Below are positions 12,106 through 24,430 of a DNA stretch of 64,000 nt, piece by piece (the stretch's first letter is position 1; the number at the start of each line of letters is the position of its first letter). The DNA is from Vicugna vicugna (taxonomy: Eukaryota), in the NCBI GenBank assembly GCA_013265495.1, contig MU058241.1:807249-871248 (forward strand), in the 5' to 3' direction. The notes below the pieces were generated by a model. That model searched no databases. It was not told the DNA's origin and saw only the letters and a list, made by a program, of their open reading frames with translations. The position numbers and the translations under genes were made by a program.

Positions 12106-13119
12106 ATGATGATAATTCTTAAAACTCTAATTTTTCCCTTACCTGGCATGTTATGAAATGTTCCATTTTAACAAAAACCAATATGAAGGCAGTTTTTGGA
12201 AAGGAGCCAAAAACCTAGCTCATTTTTTTTCCCCTCCAGAATCCCATTCACATCCACATTTTCATATGTTACGCATTTCAGCAAAACAATGGAGAGAGAT
12301 ACACTTTTCCGCCCTTTACTGAGGAAAAAAGAGGAAGCCTGAGGCCAGTAAGAAGCATAGCAATGATTGGAAACATAAAAGCGAAACTATCTTCTTTTAC
12401 AAAAATGATTACCCTGATCACATAATATAGCAGTGTTTCAAAGGCAATGTTACCCGGTAGAATTACACTGTACCTGACCGTAACAGCTCTCTTATCTTTT
12501 CTAATATATCTTACAGTTTTCTCAGGAAAGAAAATGGTCCTTTGATAGTATATAGGAGATCAGGTGCTGAATTTGCAAAGTTGGGTAATTCTGACCAGAA
12601 TAAATTCATAACAGCCGTTATAAGTCTCAAATAGGTAGGCCGATATTCACTTTAATATAAGTATCTTCTCCACTTTACAGTGTATGATGACATTTACGGA
12701 AAGCTTCACCAGTTGACCTAAAGGCTCAAATTCTAAAACAATTCAAATTTAACTAGTTTAAAGCATGTAAGTAATGATGCAAAATGCAATAGCATCACTG
12801 GAAAATTCCCCTCGGCCAATAGTTTCGGGTTCCACATGATTTTGGGTAAGTATATTCTGCAAGGCTCTTGGCAGATAGAGACATCATCTCATAATATTTT
12901 AGCAAAAGTAAGCTGATATTAAAGGAGGCAGACGGTACAGAGGGCTTCCCATGTGCAGGCACGTCAGACGAGGTGACCGTGTGAGGGTCAAACTGCCTTA
13001 GAAGAAGCACAGCCAAGATTCGAACACGTGTCTGTCTGGGTCCCCGACCTGCGACTTTTTGTTTGTTTTTGCTTTTTTCCTCAAATATCATCAGAAGGCA
13101 ATGGCATGGCGTCAGGGTC

Positions 13120-13285
13120 AAGGCTGTGGAGTTAAAGTAAAGCCAGTTTCCTTCCCAGCTTGGCGTCTCACCATCTCTGGGACCCTGGGAGACCTACACT
13201 TGGGTTCCTCATATAAAATGGGCCAATGAAAATGCCAGCCTCACTGACTCCTTATGAGATCAGACGTGTAACGGCGTGGCACCAA
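13120..13285 (+). mobile_element. MIR SINE fragment
   Basis: 'ggctgtggagttaaag...ttcctcatataaaatgggccaatgaaaatgccagcctcac...ttatgagatcaga' resembles the MIR core. Confidence 0.55.
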
Positions 13286-13329
13286 GGCCACTCATACTTA
13301 CTGCCCTGCTGTGTTGGTGAGGGGAGGTT

Positions 13330-13562
13330 TCCTGGCTGTGACCTTCCATGCTCTGTGCACACGCGCCCCTGCTGTCTTTCTCTGTGTCCTCACTGCTGTT
13401 TATAAGGACACTAGTCCTACTGGATTAGGGAACAGCCTAATGACGTCGCTTTACCCAATTATGTCTTCAAAGACCCTCTCTCCAAATACGGTCGCTTTCT
13501 GAGACACTGGAGGTTTGGGCTTAAGCCGCAATTTTAGGGAGACACAATTAAGCCCATAATGC
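13330..13562 (-). mobile_element. MLT1B/C-type MaLR LTR fragment
   Basis: 'ttataaggacactagtcctactggattaggg...aatgacgtcgcttta...caaagaccctctctccaaatacggtc...tttagggagacacaattaagcccataa'. Confidence 0.8.
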
Positions 13563-13938
13563 TGTGTCCATTTGTGTGTGTGTCTTAGAACCATCAGGGC
13601 AAGCTGTTTTTGGGGGGCCCTGATGTTTTAAATGTAGCACTTTCTTCTTTCATTAATTCAGTCTTTCCTTTCAAAGAATGTTTGTCCCTAAGTGTGATAT
13701 TCATTAATTTCCTGAACACCTGGGGATATCTGAAATAGAGGTTAAGAACTCAATCTAAAAATTATTTTGCTTATTTAATGTACCATATGTGAAGTGAGGG
13801 AAATGCAAATATCTCCTAGAAATTCCTTTGGGTCTTTGGTCAGAAAAACTCCACCCCCTCCACTGCATCCAGCATCTACCAGGGTGGAGGCACCTGTTTA
13901 TTCAGACCCTTACAAACTCCTTGAGATCCTTTCAGAAG

Positions 13939-13942
<4 letters not shown>

Positions 13943-13968
<26 letters not shown>
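13943..13968. repeat. (AC)n microsatellite
   Basis: Uninterrupted AC run of about 13 units. Confidence 0.95.
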
Positions 13969-13971
<3 letters not shown>

Positions 13972-14009
13972 GACAAGGACTACGAGAGAAATTACAGAGT
14001 GCGTCGGGA

Positions 14010-14420
14010 CATGGAGCTCAGTGGAGGAGAGGTGATCGTTTTCCACAGGGTAGCCAGGGAAATCTCTTGCTGATAAAATGACATTTGAGCCTGGGCCTGA
14101 GGGATGTTAAGGGGTGAGTCCCGCAGGAACGTGAAGAGAGTGCTCTGGGCAGAGGGACGCAGCAGGAGCGTCTCAGAGGCAGGAGTGAGCTGCTCGACTA
14201 AAAAGGAAGGAGAGCATGCAGGTGAGCTGAGTGAGTCAGGACGCACATCCTAGGAGATGAGGTCGGGGCTGAGTGGGAGGCACGGATCCATCACCTAGAG
14301 CCTCGAGGGCCACTGCAAAGATGCCTTTAGTTCTGGGGGACACGGGACGCCGCTGGCAGGCTTTGGATGGAAGGGTGATTGATGCTCTAACTTCATCTTA
14401 AACCACTGACCGCCCTGTGG
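14010..14420 (-). mobile_element. L2 LINE fragment
   Basis: 'tgacatttgagcctgggcctgaggga...ctgggcagaggg...ggagatgaggtc...gggccactgcaaaga' matches the L2 3' region. Confidence 0.7.
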
Positions 14421-16834
14421 AGCATATCTGAATGCTGTTTTCAGTCACCAACTGAGGGAAGATGTGAAGGATGGAGGTGATAAAAAGGAGGCTGTATTTT
14501 CAAAGTGGAGCTCAGTGGCTCAGGAGCTGAAAGTCCACTTCAGCTCCCCCGAGTGGGACCATCTCTCCTCAAGGCAGTGAATAATGATGCTCCCTCCGGG
14601 CTTCAGGCCATGGTGGAGACACCAACCCAGGGGTGCTCAAGGGCCCCTAAGCGTCAGAAGGATGGCTGCAGGGTTCTCTCTGATAGTCAAGAACTCACAG
14701 GGGACACCGAGCCTTTTACTCCAGGCCACCATCCCATTTTCTCTCCATCATCTCTACAAGTATCCTTATTTTAACCTGACACATTATTGGATCTTCCAGT
14801 AACCTTCCTACCGCACTCCTGTCCAATGTGTAGTCTGCATCTCGTAAAGGAATCACTGTGCTGCGGCTGGCAAATGCAGGAAGTGTGGCATTTTCACAGC
14901 CTAGTGTATGCCCATAGGTAAGATTTATCTAACATTTGAAAGAGAATACCTAAATGACTGTGCCATGAACGGTTACTGCTCTGGACTATTCAGAAGAAAT
15001 TTGAATTAAATGATCGCATCATTGGAAACTTGATAAATGTTGATCAAAGTGATTTTCCCCTCAAAATGAGACAGAATGGCAATATACCGGATCCTTTTTA
15101 GAGAGCTATATTTTACTTGGATAAATAATGTGTTTCATGAAGCTTACTGGATGGTTTTGCTAGTGGGGTTCACAGTTTCTTTTCACATAGTAGCAAGTGG
15201 GCCAGCTTAACTGTACAGCCCTGAAATGAGTCGCTCATTTTACCACAGTCCTCGCGTTAGTGAAGACTGGGCTAATGTGTTTTAAGCCGTGAGAATAAGG
15301 GAGAGCTTGGAGAAGACCCAAATGGATCAGTGATCAACACAGCCACTACAAAAATATACAAAACAACCCAATTCTCTTGTAAGATTTTTTTTCCCCACAG
15401 AATTCTTTGGGGGAGAAAACCAGCTTTTTCATTACAGTTCCAAGATTTTCTCTGCTCTTGCTGACATAGGCTGTTAGCAACCCTGATTGTGTTTTAGAGA
15501 CTCGTGGAAATTCTGGGTTTTATCGTGTCTGCAAAATGTGTCTGGTAGCGAATGTTGCCTCCTGACCTGATCTAGGGTTGCTCTGGTTAAGCTGGTGAAA
15601 GGCTGGACGTTTTGACACACTCTGGAGAACGTGAAGCTCTTGAAGCCAGAGACAGTAATAAACCAGCTCGGCCTTGTTCTATGTCACACGGTATCACCAT
15701 CCCTCCTCGCCAAGGTGACGGTGACACTTAAGGCTCTTTTCTCCTCTAAATCTGTAATCTGTAAGACACTGCGCGTATGCATTTCAAAAAGCATCCCTCA
15801 CGGTAAAATGGTGAAGACGGTTCACACATCCAACTTTGAGTGAAATATGTTCTAGGACATGAACTCATTTCCTAAGTTGAGAACGTGAAAGCCATCCTCC
15901 ACGAAGCTGGTTACCCCCCAGCACTCTTTTCCTGCTCTTTCCAAAGCTGCTACTGGATGAAAAGCAGTGCTCGCCAGGGGGTTATTCACACTCTCATGTT
16001 TTGCACATTTAGCGACAGATACAGGTAGTAATGCACTTTCTATTAAAGAAAAACGTTAAAATTACAGTGTCAGGACGAAATGTACTGAAACACTCCATTC
16101 GCTGGCTTTAAGCAAAGTAAGAAACCAATGCGTTTAAGTACCTAAGTCCTGGGTAAACAGTTTACCCAATAACCCTAACTTTTTCTCAGTTATTCCTTAA
16201 CTTCACTCTGGTTTTCTTTTTTCCTTCTGGTTAACCACTAACTTCTACCATCGGTGGTGCCTGCCCAGAGCTGTCCGAGGATCTGTCTGTAAGGAAAAGA
16301 CCTTCTTCACACTAAGTAGCCATCTTTTCCTCGTTCTTTGTCTTCCCTTGGCAGAACAGTGGAGCAAGGAAACCAGCAGTGCTTCTGTAGACCCGGAAGA
16401 TGCTGGCCCCATGTCCTTCCCCGTTTCCAACGTGGACAAGCATTTCCCAGCACTCACTCAACTGTTCTTTTGCTGAAACCAGTGGGAAAAGTCACCAATG
16501 CCCACAAAGCACCTCAGAGTTCCTGACAGTCACCGTGCCACCGTGCCCCAGAAGTGAGCCCCTATGGAAGGGAGGGCAAGTGTTTTTACCTCCATATTCA
16601 GAACAAAATATGCTCAGAGAGACTACGCAGCTTGGCAAGGTTCACACGGCACAAGGTTGGGTGGAAGGTCTGGTAGATCTGGCCTTTGGAGTCCTGTGTT
16701 TGGAATTTTTTCTGATACTATGTATTTACATCATAGATTCATTTCTTTACTAAGCTCTGCAGTTTCAAAATCTATTGTTTGGAAGACTTCTGGTTGAGTT
16801 ACTCCTGTACTGACTAATCTGAGCAGATGTCAAT

Positions 16835-17196
16835 GCTGCTACGGCCTGAACTGGGATCCCCGTACCCTATGTGGAAGCTTGAACCCCCAGGGTGACTGTA
16901 TTTGGACACAAGACCTGTGAGGAGGTGATAAATGTTAAGTGAGGTCATATGGGTGGGCTACTAAAAGGGGAGTTTACAAGAAGAACGAGAGACACCAGCG
17001 TCTCCGTCTCCAGGTGAGGACACAGTGGGAAGGTGGCCATCTGCATGCCAGGAAGAGAGCTCTCATCAGACACTCATAATCCATGCTGGGCCTGGATCTG
17101 GGATTTTCTGGTCTGCAGAAGTGTGACATAATAAACCTATGTTGTGTAAGCACTTGATTATTTTGCCTCTCTTCACAGCAGTTTTTTGCAGACAAC
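16835..17196 (+). mobile_element. MLT1A/B-type MaLR solo LTR
   Basis: 'acccccagggtgactgtatttgga...gttaagtgaggtcatatgggtggg...gtgaggacacagtgggaaggtggccatctgc.tgccaggaagagag...aataaa'. Confidence 0.8.
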
Positions 17197-17624
17197 AGTG
17201 CATTTTCATCAGCCCCAGATTCCCTAATTGCTAGTTAAAGATGGCAATGTTTGTCTCCTCCCCCAAAACAGACTTAAGGAAGCAGAATCAGTGCAGAGAG
17301 GGCCCCCAAATCGGCCCATGAAACCATATCCCCATAAATCCTTCTGAACACACTTGTAGAAGGAAGGGGAGGAGTTATTAAGTAACCAATGACTGTAAGG
17401 AGTGTAAAGTGTCTCTCCTCCTTGCTTTGATTCTGTGATGGTCTTCCTGGTGGGGCAGCTTGGCGAGGCTACAGCATCTACTTACTCAAACACACCTACA
17501 GGCGTTGCCATGAACATGTCCTTAAAGCCCGCAGTCAGCGGACTTCAAGTGAGGGAGAGACCATGCCAGGGAGCTGGACCAGCCTGACTTCCGGCTGCAG
17601 GGCTGCCCCACTCCCAAATCCACT

Positions 17625-18215
17625 ATCCACATTCACGCAGTGTTAGTCACAGGAGCCAAGGTAAGGACATAGCCCAGATGTCCCTGGATGGATGAACGGA
17701 TGAAGGAATGGTATCTATGCACTTAAGCACTACACAGCCACATAAAGGAAGGCAATCTTGCCGTCTGCAAGAACGCAGATGGACCTGGAGGACACTATAC
17801 AAAGTGACACGAGCCACACACAGAAGGACAAACGCTGCATGACGTCGCTTATACGTAGAATTGACGAACATCAAACTCATGGCAGCAGAGACTACAATGG
17901 TGGCTTCCGGGGGCTGGGGGGATGGGGAGACACAGGTCAGAGAGAGCCCACTTTCAGTTATAAGACGAGGAGATTCTGGGGGTCTAGCATACGGCATGGT
18001 GACTGTAGCTAATACTACTGCATTGAGTATTTGCAATCTGCTGACAGAGCAGATCTTAAACATTCTCACTACACACGAAAAGGTAACGACGTATGGTGAT
18101 GGGTGTGTTAACTTGATGGTAATCATTTCACAAAGTATAAAGCTATCAAGTCGTCTCCACTGTGTGCCTCAAATATATACAATTGTTATTCCTCAGCTAC
18201 ACCTCGATAAAACTG
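17625..18215 (+). mobile_element. L1MA9/L1MB-like 3' end
   Basis: 'gatggacctggaggacactat', 'ttcagttataaga', 'ggtgactgtagctaat', 'agatcttaaacattctcac', 'tgatgggtgtgttaacttga'. The 159-aa and 128-aa ORFs here are chance frames in L1 3' UTR. Confidence 0.85.
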
Positions 18216-18249
18216 GTGTGGGGGAGGGGTGGGAAGAGCAGGGCTGAGG

Positions 18250-18440
18250 CTTCCACGAGAGAAGGGGAAATTCAGCAGCCCCGGACAGTGTGGTGAGTTC
18301 CAGCCTGCCCTTCCTGCCGATGTGCCCTGCAGACTTGAGACTTGCCCATTTCTCCACAAATGATGGGCGGTACATAGATGCAGAGAGACAGGAAGACAGA
18401 TAGATACAGGTCAATATCCACCCTCCTGTTTCTCTGTCCT
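18250..18440 (+). mobile_element. MLT2-type (ERVL) LTR 3' fragment
   Basis: 'ttccagcctgcccttcctgccgatgtgccctgcagacttgagacttgcc...ccacaa' and 'ctgtttctctg'. Confidence 0.55.
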
Positions 18441-18715
18441 ATCCATAGCTAGCTAGCTAGATGACAAATACAGATAAATGTACCTGTCTCTGTCTACCTA
18501 TCATTTCACTACCTATAATCTATAGATAATTAGTATCTACATTGATACGATGGTAATCTACATATGCTTAACATTCATACAATCTATATCTACACACAAC
18601 AGACTACATCCATATGTATCCATCTCTGTCTGGAGGTTTATATTACACATAATTATAGCATATCTACATATCTATACCAACATCCATCTATCCACCTAAA
18701 CATCATCTATCTACT
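18440..18715. repeat. Degenerate (TATC/TAGA)n low-complexity tract
   Basis: Dense decayed tatc/catc/tcta units plus (tagc)x3. Confidence 0.8.
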
Positions 18716-21233
18716 GTCCTAGGAGCTCCCTGCTTGAACCTTCATTTATACAGACATGATCCTGCCTAGGTGAGCTGAGCAGTACTGAAGCTGGGAATGT
18801 GCAGAAATCGACCACAGGGAAATGGCAACTTCACTACTGAATCCTTGAACATTCACCTTAAAGCAACTAGCAAGTGGTCTTTAGTGACTCATCATATGTC
18901 CTCTTCATGGGCAGCTGCAGCAGGTGGGCATCCCGTGGGGTCTGATGTCAGCAGCCCCTGTGAGCTTTGATTCATGGAAAGAGAATCAGCTGTTGGTCTC
19001 CTCCTTGGAGAAAGGCGGGCATGCATGTGGTGAAAGCAACCACGTTAGAGAGAGGGTATGTTCCCGGACAACAAACATGAGGGACGCATGCAGGCTACAC
19101 TGAGACTAAGGGTCCCGTCAGAGTGGGGGCCTGCTCTCGGAGCCCACGTGCGGGAAGAGAACAAGCTACAGCATCAGTACAGGGGGCAGACCTGAGCGCC
19201 CCAGGACGAGGGCTCCTCTACCAAGGAAAGCTCCTTAGGAAAGGAGACCAAAGGTGTGAGCCTCCACGACGGGAACAGAGCAGTACCCCTGGCTGTGAGA
19301 TGTCACTGAACATAAATGAGTCAGCCTGTCTACAATGCCTGTCTCCTTTCCCCCAACCCTGCTTTTCATGATTTAAAATCACGCTGGATTACCATCTCCA
19401 CCCTAGGGCTGGTTTTTCCAAACAGGCAGCACACCGCTGCCTTCTTAACTTCAGTTTTGCTCGGCTCAGAAGCCACACTTCAGCTTCCGCAGCTGTAAAA
19501 GAATGCGACCTGGGACACGGGATTCCATTTTTGTGCTGGTGCTGACACCCAGGACAAGCACTGGTGGCTCCTATTCCATCCGGGCGCCGACACTGTGTCC
19601 ATGTATCCGCGTCACCGGTGGCAGGCCCTGGACACATCCCTTCCAGCTGCCACAACCATGCCCTGCTGTCTACTCTCTCTCCTCAGGAATACGCAGGATT
19701 CTTGAACCTTCCTCAGCCCTCGACTAGTTACTCCTTAGATCCTAAACACCACATCCAGCTCCCGAGACTACCTAACCTGTGTGGAAAATCTCCAAAGGCC
19801 TTCACGTACATCTTCTGCGATCCTTCTGCCTTCCCTCCATGGAATGCCTGCGATTGTATTTTTTATATTGAGGAAACGGTAGATCCTTGTGCAAGTAAGA
19901 AATAATGCAGAGAGCGCTCAAGCCTTGTTCATCCACTTCCTGTCAGAGTAGCATCCTGCAGACCTGCCGTCCACCAGCCTCCCAGTAAGCAGGCCCTCAT
20001 TCGCGCGGCTGTGTGCAGCTAACGCAGTTTCATCACGTGTTACCACCACATAACTTTTACTTTAGTTCACACACCACTTTGATCGGGTCTCTGCAATTTT
20101 AATGTGTATACAGACACTTGCCCAAACGCCCAGGGAGCCTAATTCTTGCTTGTATCTAGCTCTTAACCCTATTTGGATGGAGGTAAATATTTTTGGACTC
20201 TGAAATTCCTTTCAGCTCATTGATGGTCAGTACTTTGTTGAGGTGGATACTCTGAGAAGGTGGAGAGAGTCACTGGAATTTGGAACTGTGTGTTTCAGTA
20301 GTGGAGCCTCACATCTAAATTACTGAACCATCCTTCACTGTGACCCACACTGTCCTGTTTTTAAGTTATGCCCTGGTCCAGTTTTGGACCCTGAAGTGAC
20401 AAGAATATCAACACAAGTAAATCTGTTGATAACTGAGGACACACCTGAGAAGGCGGTAGAAGAGATTCCTTGCTATTTGATTTCATTTTATTTCAGAGCC
20501 CCGAACTACACCAGGGACAGGCTGTATAACAAAAAAAAAAAAAAAAAAGAGAGACACAATTTCAGGTTATATGCAGAGTGTGAGATGGAGTCTGATGACC
20601 AAAATGAACATACATGTAGGATTTTATTTGCATGCCCAGGAGGAAATCCTGAGCTTGCCAGAGGTAACGGTAGCATATAAGATACACCCCCCCAAGTTAA
20701 GGCAGTCGTAAGCTTTGATAAATTGCATGAAAAAGATGGGGAGACATTTGTAGGCAGTAAGTGCAAAACTGATAGATTAAACTTCTCCTACTGTTCTCTG
20801 TAATAACTTCCTTTGCTCAAGAGAGTGAAGGCAAAATCCCAGCCAGACTTGAGAGGATGGAAAGAGAACCCTGTCACACCAAGGGGGATCATGAATAAAT
20901 TCCCGGAAGAAGGTACATCTCACGATCCACATTAGTAACACTTCTCTGATGGTTTCTTGTTCAAAACAGTCATGTTAACCACGTCCTGGTGAGAGACTGA
21001 ACTGCCTTCCCGGGGAGCCAAGCGGGGAGAAAAAGATTTCAGCCAAGTCTTTTACTGTCCACCCCACCCTCCTGAATGGATGTGCTGTACTCAGGCGCAG
21101 ATAAACCAAGCAGCTGGGTCTGCCCGGGGGTGTGTCTGGGTGCTGGGGTGGGTGGAGATCAGGTCAGGGTGGGAGGCAGGATTGACTCGCAGCCCTGCAA
21201 ACAGGAAAGGCTAAGAGCAAAGACTCTACTTAC

Positions 21234-21800
21234 AGGAAAAACCTCCAAGTTCGTAAAATAAATATTAAAGCAAGAACCGCAACTCCACAAGCCAGGCTTA
21301 TGCGTTCATGATTTAAACAGAGCTGTGCGGATCCCAGCAGTCCAGATTTCTAGGAACAATTCCTCTAATGGTGGGGGGAAAATCCTGACAGACAGAATCA
21401 ATAATAATCCTTAGGCAGATAACATACACTGGACACAAATTATCTTCTAATTCTATGTCCCCTTGAGTCCTGAATCCATGGTGTAAATAAATCACCCTTG
21501 TTACATCAAGATTACAGCCTTCCTCCCCGAGGCTCTTGTGAGAAGTAACAGTGCAGATATCCTGCGTCTCGGCTTGAAGCAAGGGAGAGACCATCCTGGA
21601 TTCCCCTTTCTTCCAGCAGCCCAGCAGCATTCCCCAGTCTTTCTTTCACATGCACAAGAAGCAGAGAACTTCCTGCCAAAGCAAGGGCCTGGGTTTGCCT
21701 GGCCAGTTGTATCCTGAGCCGGGAGGCCGCTGATCTTTTTTTTGAAGCTCTGGACACAGGGTGAAGCGCTCCTTTCCTCTCTGTCCGGTTTCCCCGCCTG
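21234..21800 (-). other. Candidate long non-coding first exon / 5' leader of the minus-strand host gene (tentatively the SVIL/archvillin muscle leader, unverified)
   Basis: Donor CCT|GTAAGT at 21234/21233; no repeat recognised; CpG-enriched at 21.7-22.1 kb; no clear upstream acceptor seen; several upstream AUGs. The 5' boundary is a guess. Confidence 0.4.
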
Positions 21801-22826
21801 CGAGCGGGGGCACATTTCCTCCCTGCCTCACAGGTACACTTGCGAGTTTCTCGTCAGATAAGAGGACGGAAATGCTGACGTGCCAGCCGAAAAAGCCCCA
21901 TCCAAAAGAAAAAGGACATTTCTCGTCTTACAAACTCATCAAGCTGTGGCTGGTAACTCGAGGTGTCAGCGACCACCAGTGTTTTTGTTACTGTGATCCA
22001 CGCGGCAGCCAGCCGCCAGCTCTCCTGCTGGGTTGGAGGGGGCTCCCATTCCAGGTTTACGGCCCCAGCGGAGCCGGCCACCCCGGGTTCTCAGGAGACT
22101 AGAGAAATTTGGACACTTTCTTCAGTGTCCTATTGGCACGGAGGCCTGGAACAGTTCCACCTCTTCATCTGGGTCCTCTCTCAGTCCAGGAGACATGGTT
22201 AGTGGTTTCAATAGAGATTTTTTTGCCTGATTTTAAGACCCTGCAGATGATGCTGGGGAAACGGCAGTAAGTGGGCAGAAAGTTCAATCCAGACACACAT
22301 TTCTGTGCACTGTAGGCTTGGCAGAATGAGAATAAGAGAGTTTTGACACAAGACACTGGGTCCTTTTTTTTCTCTTCCCAAATAATATGTGTTTCAGGTG
22401 CTCCCTTTTCAGGTTATGTTTAAGGAAAGAATTTCTGAATGGAGTGACCCTTCTCTTCAGTATTTTCCAGGAGAGACTGGCCCACGGATTGGTTAGTGTG
22501 ACACTACCTGGTGGGGCTGTTGCTACTCATTTTGGAACTTTTCTGGCAACATGTCAACCGCCTGCTTTCTTAGAGAATGGGGCTTACGGGGTCAAGAGAA
22601 AGCCAATGGGTAGAAAGCGGTTTTGTTATTAAGTCAGGAGGGGAAAAAGGGGCATTTTAAGGATAACTTCAGCTCAGAGCGTCTTTAAAAGGTTTAGGAA
22701 AATAAAAGAGGTCTGTTTGCTGAGCTGAAAGTAAAACCCTGTTCCCCCATCACAAATGTGCAGTTTCCCATTACAGGAAGACGGTCCGGAACACAGAAAC
22801 ACGCAGTGTTGCCAAGAAGAGTTTGT

Positions 22827-22935
22827 GAAAAGAAGAAAGAAAGANNNNNNNNNNNNNNNNNNNNNNNNNNNNNNNNNNNNNNNNNNNNNGGAGGAGGGGG
22901 AGGGGGGGGAGGAGGGAGAGGAGGAGGAGGAGGAG
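22827..22935 (+). repeat. Polypurine (GAA/GGA) tract containing a 45-N assembly gap (22845-22889)
   Basis: gaaaagaagaaagaaaga-N45-ggaggaggggaggggggga...gaggaggaggaggaga. Confidence 0.95.
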
Positions 22936-23411
22936 ACCATGTTCTGGACAGGTTACTTTTCTGCAGAGAAATGGAACAGCTGGAGTAGGACCGTACCACG
23001 TTAGGCGTGCGTCTTCCGGCCCTGAACACAGCCTCTGCTAGGATGCCCATCTCAAGACTGACTGATGAGGGTCTATCTGGGGTCTTCTGACTTCCTCCAA
23101 GTCTTGGGCACCCCAAACCAACAGGTAAAACCGTCGTATGCCTCTGCTTATGCCGAGACTGCTGCCTGGCCCGTTCAGGCGTGAGAATCACAAAGCCGTG
23201 AACACTAGGGTGCACAGGCTACAGAGATCTAATAATTTTAAATGCAGTCGGGTGTTTTCCAGTGCGGCCAGGAGCCTCAGCCTTGGGTATTTTCCATAGC
23301 TGTAGGCAGCATAATGTAAGTAACTCACCCCAACTAGCCCTGAAGGGCATCTCTGCCTTGCATTTGCCCAGCACACACTTCTAGGTGAAGCTCCTGGTTC
23401 ATACCGTGGTG

Positions 23412-23626
23412 CAGAGGGCCTTCTGCAGAATTTTCCTGTCAGGTGCTGGGCAGTGAAATCCAGACTCTGCCCGGCACGTGGTGTCTGTTGCAACTGCTCA
23501 ACACTGCCTTTGCAGCCAGAAACAACCCACAAGCAAGTGAACCTGACTGTGTCCCAATAAAACTTCATTTAACAAAATAAGTGGAGGGCCAGACTTGGCC
23601 CGCAGACTGCAGTTGGTTGACTCCTG
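23412..23626. mobile_element. MER58A hAT-Charlie DNA transposon
   Basis: 'gtctgttgcaactgctcaacactgcc...tgtgtcccaataaaacttcatttaacaaaa...gggccagacttggcccgcag...gactcctg' follows the MER58A consensus. Confidence 0.85.
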
Positions 23627-23894
23627 TGCTAGAGGTTGATTATGTCCAGGTATCCGGAGTCTGGGGTCCTGAGCACTTGGATGAGAGCTTAAAGCAGAGG
23701 GTAGGGTGGCAAAGTGCAGTCAGTGGACCAAATCTCACCAGGTGACCCGTAAAATGTGACACACAAGTAGGATACAGGACCTATAGTGAATGACAGCAAC
23801 ATGCAGCAGTATCTTAGGAACCTGATCCTAAATGAAAAAATCAAGTCACTAAGCATTGCATACTGAGCATCTTTTTTTAAATAAAGCACAGAAG

Positions 23895-24430
23895 CAATTA
23901 AAACTGGTCTTGCCTGTTGCAGAATTTAACACAGATGGAATCACGCAGTGAGTGCTCTCTTTTAAAATCTGGTTTCTCTCCAACATACTAATTTTGACAT
24001 TCACCCACTCTGTCGCATGTAGTAATGGTCCCTTCATTTCTGCTGCTAAGTAGCTATCAACGTACCACAATTTATCTTTTCCCCTGTGGACGGACACTGC
24101 TGTCACTTCCAGCGTGGGTCTATTACGAATAGAGCTGCTGGCACTGGGGCATCCACCTCTGCAAGGACATACATGTTATCACGTCTTCAGAGTAACTCCT
24201 GGGAGGGAACTGCTGGGTTGTACGGTGCGTGGTGTGTGTATCTTTCTGAAAAAATGTCACATTGTTTTGCGAAGTGACATTCTAAGTCCCCAGCAGCCGG
24301 GAAAGAGTGATCCAGTTGCTCCACATCTTCAGCAACACTTGCTAGGTCAGTCTCTTCCATGTCGATCCTCTGGGCCAGGATGTGCTAATGTCTCCTGGGG
24401 TTTTAATTTACATTTTCTGAGATGAATGAT
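23895..24430 (-). mobile_element. Old L1M fragment
   Basis: 'gatggaatcacgcagt', 'gtaccacaatttat', 'gggtctattacgaatagagctgct', 'ccagttgctccacatcttcagcaacacttg', 'gttttaatttacattttctga'. Confidence 0.75.

Noticed and set aside
14460..14800. Possible ERVL (LTR16/LTR33-like) LTR
   Set aside because: The resemblance is too weak to call by eye; it needs a Dfam search.
22674..23215. ORFs with poly-Pro/Gly/Glu/Ser runs
   Set aside because: These are translations of the GGA tract and read through an N gap.
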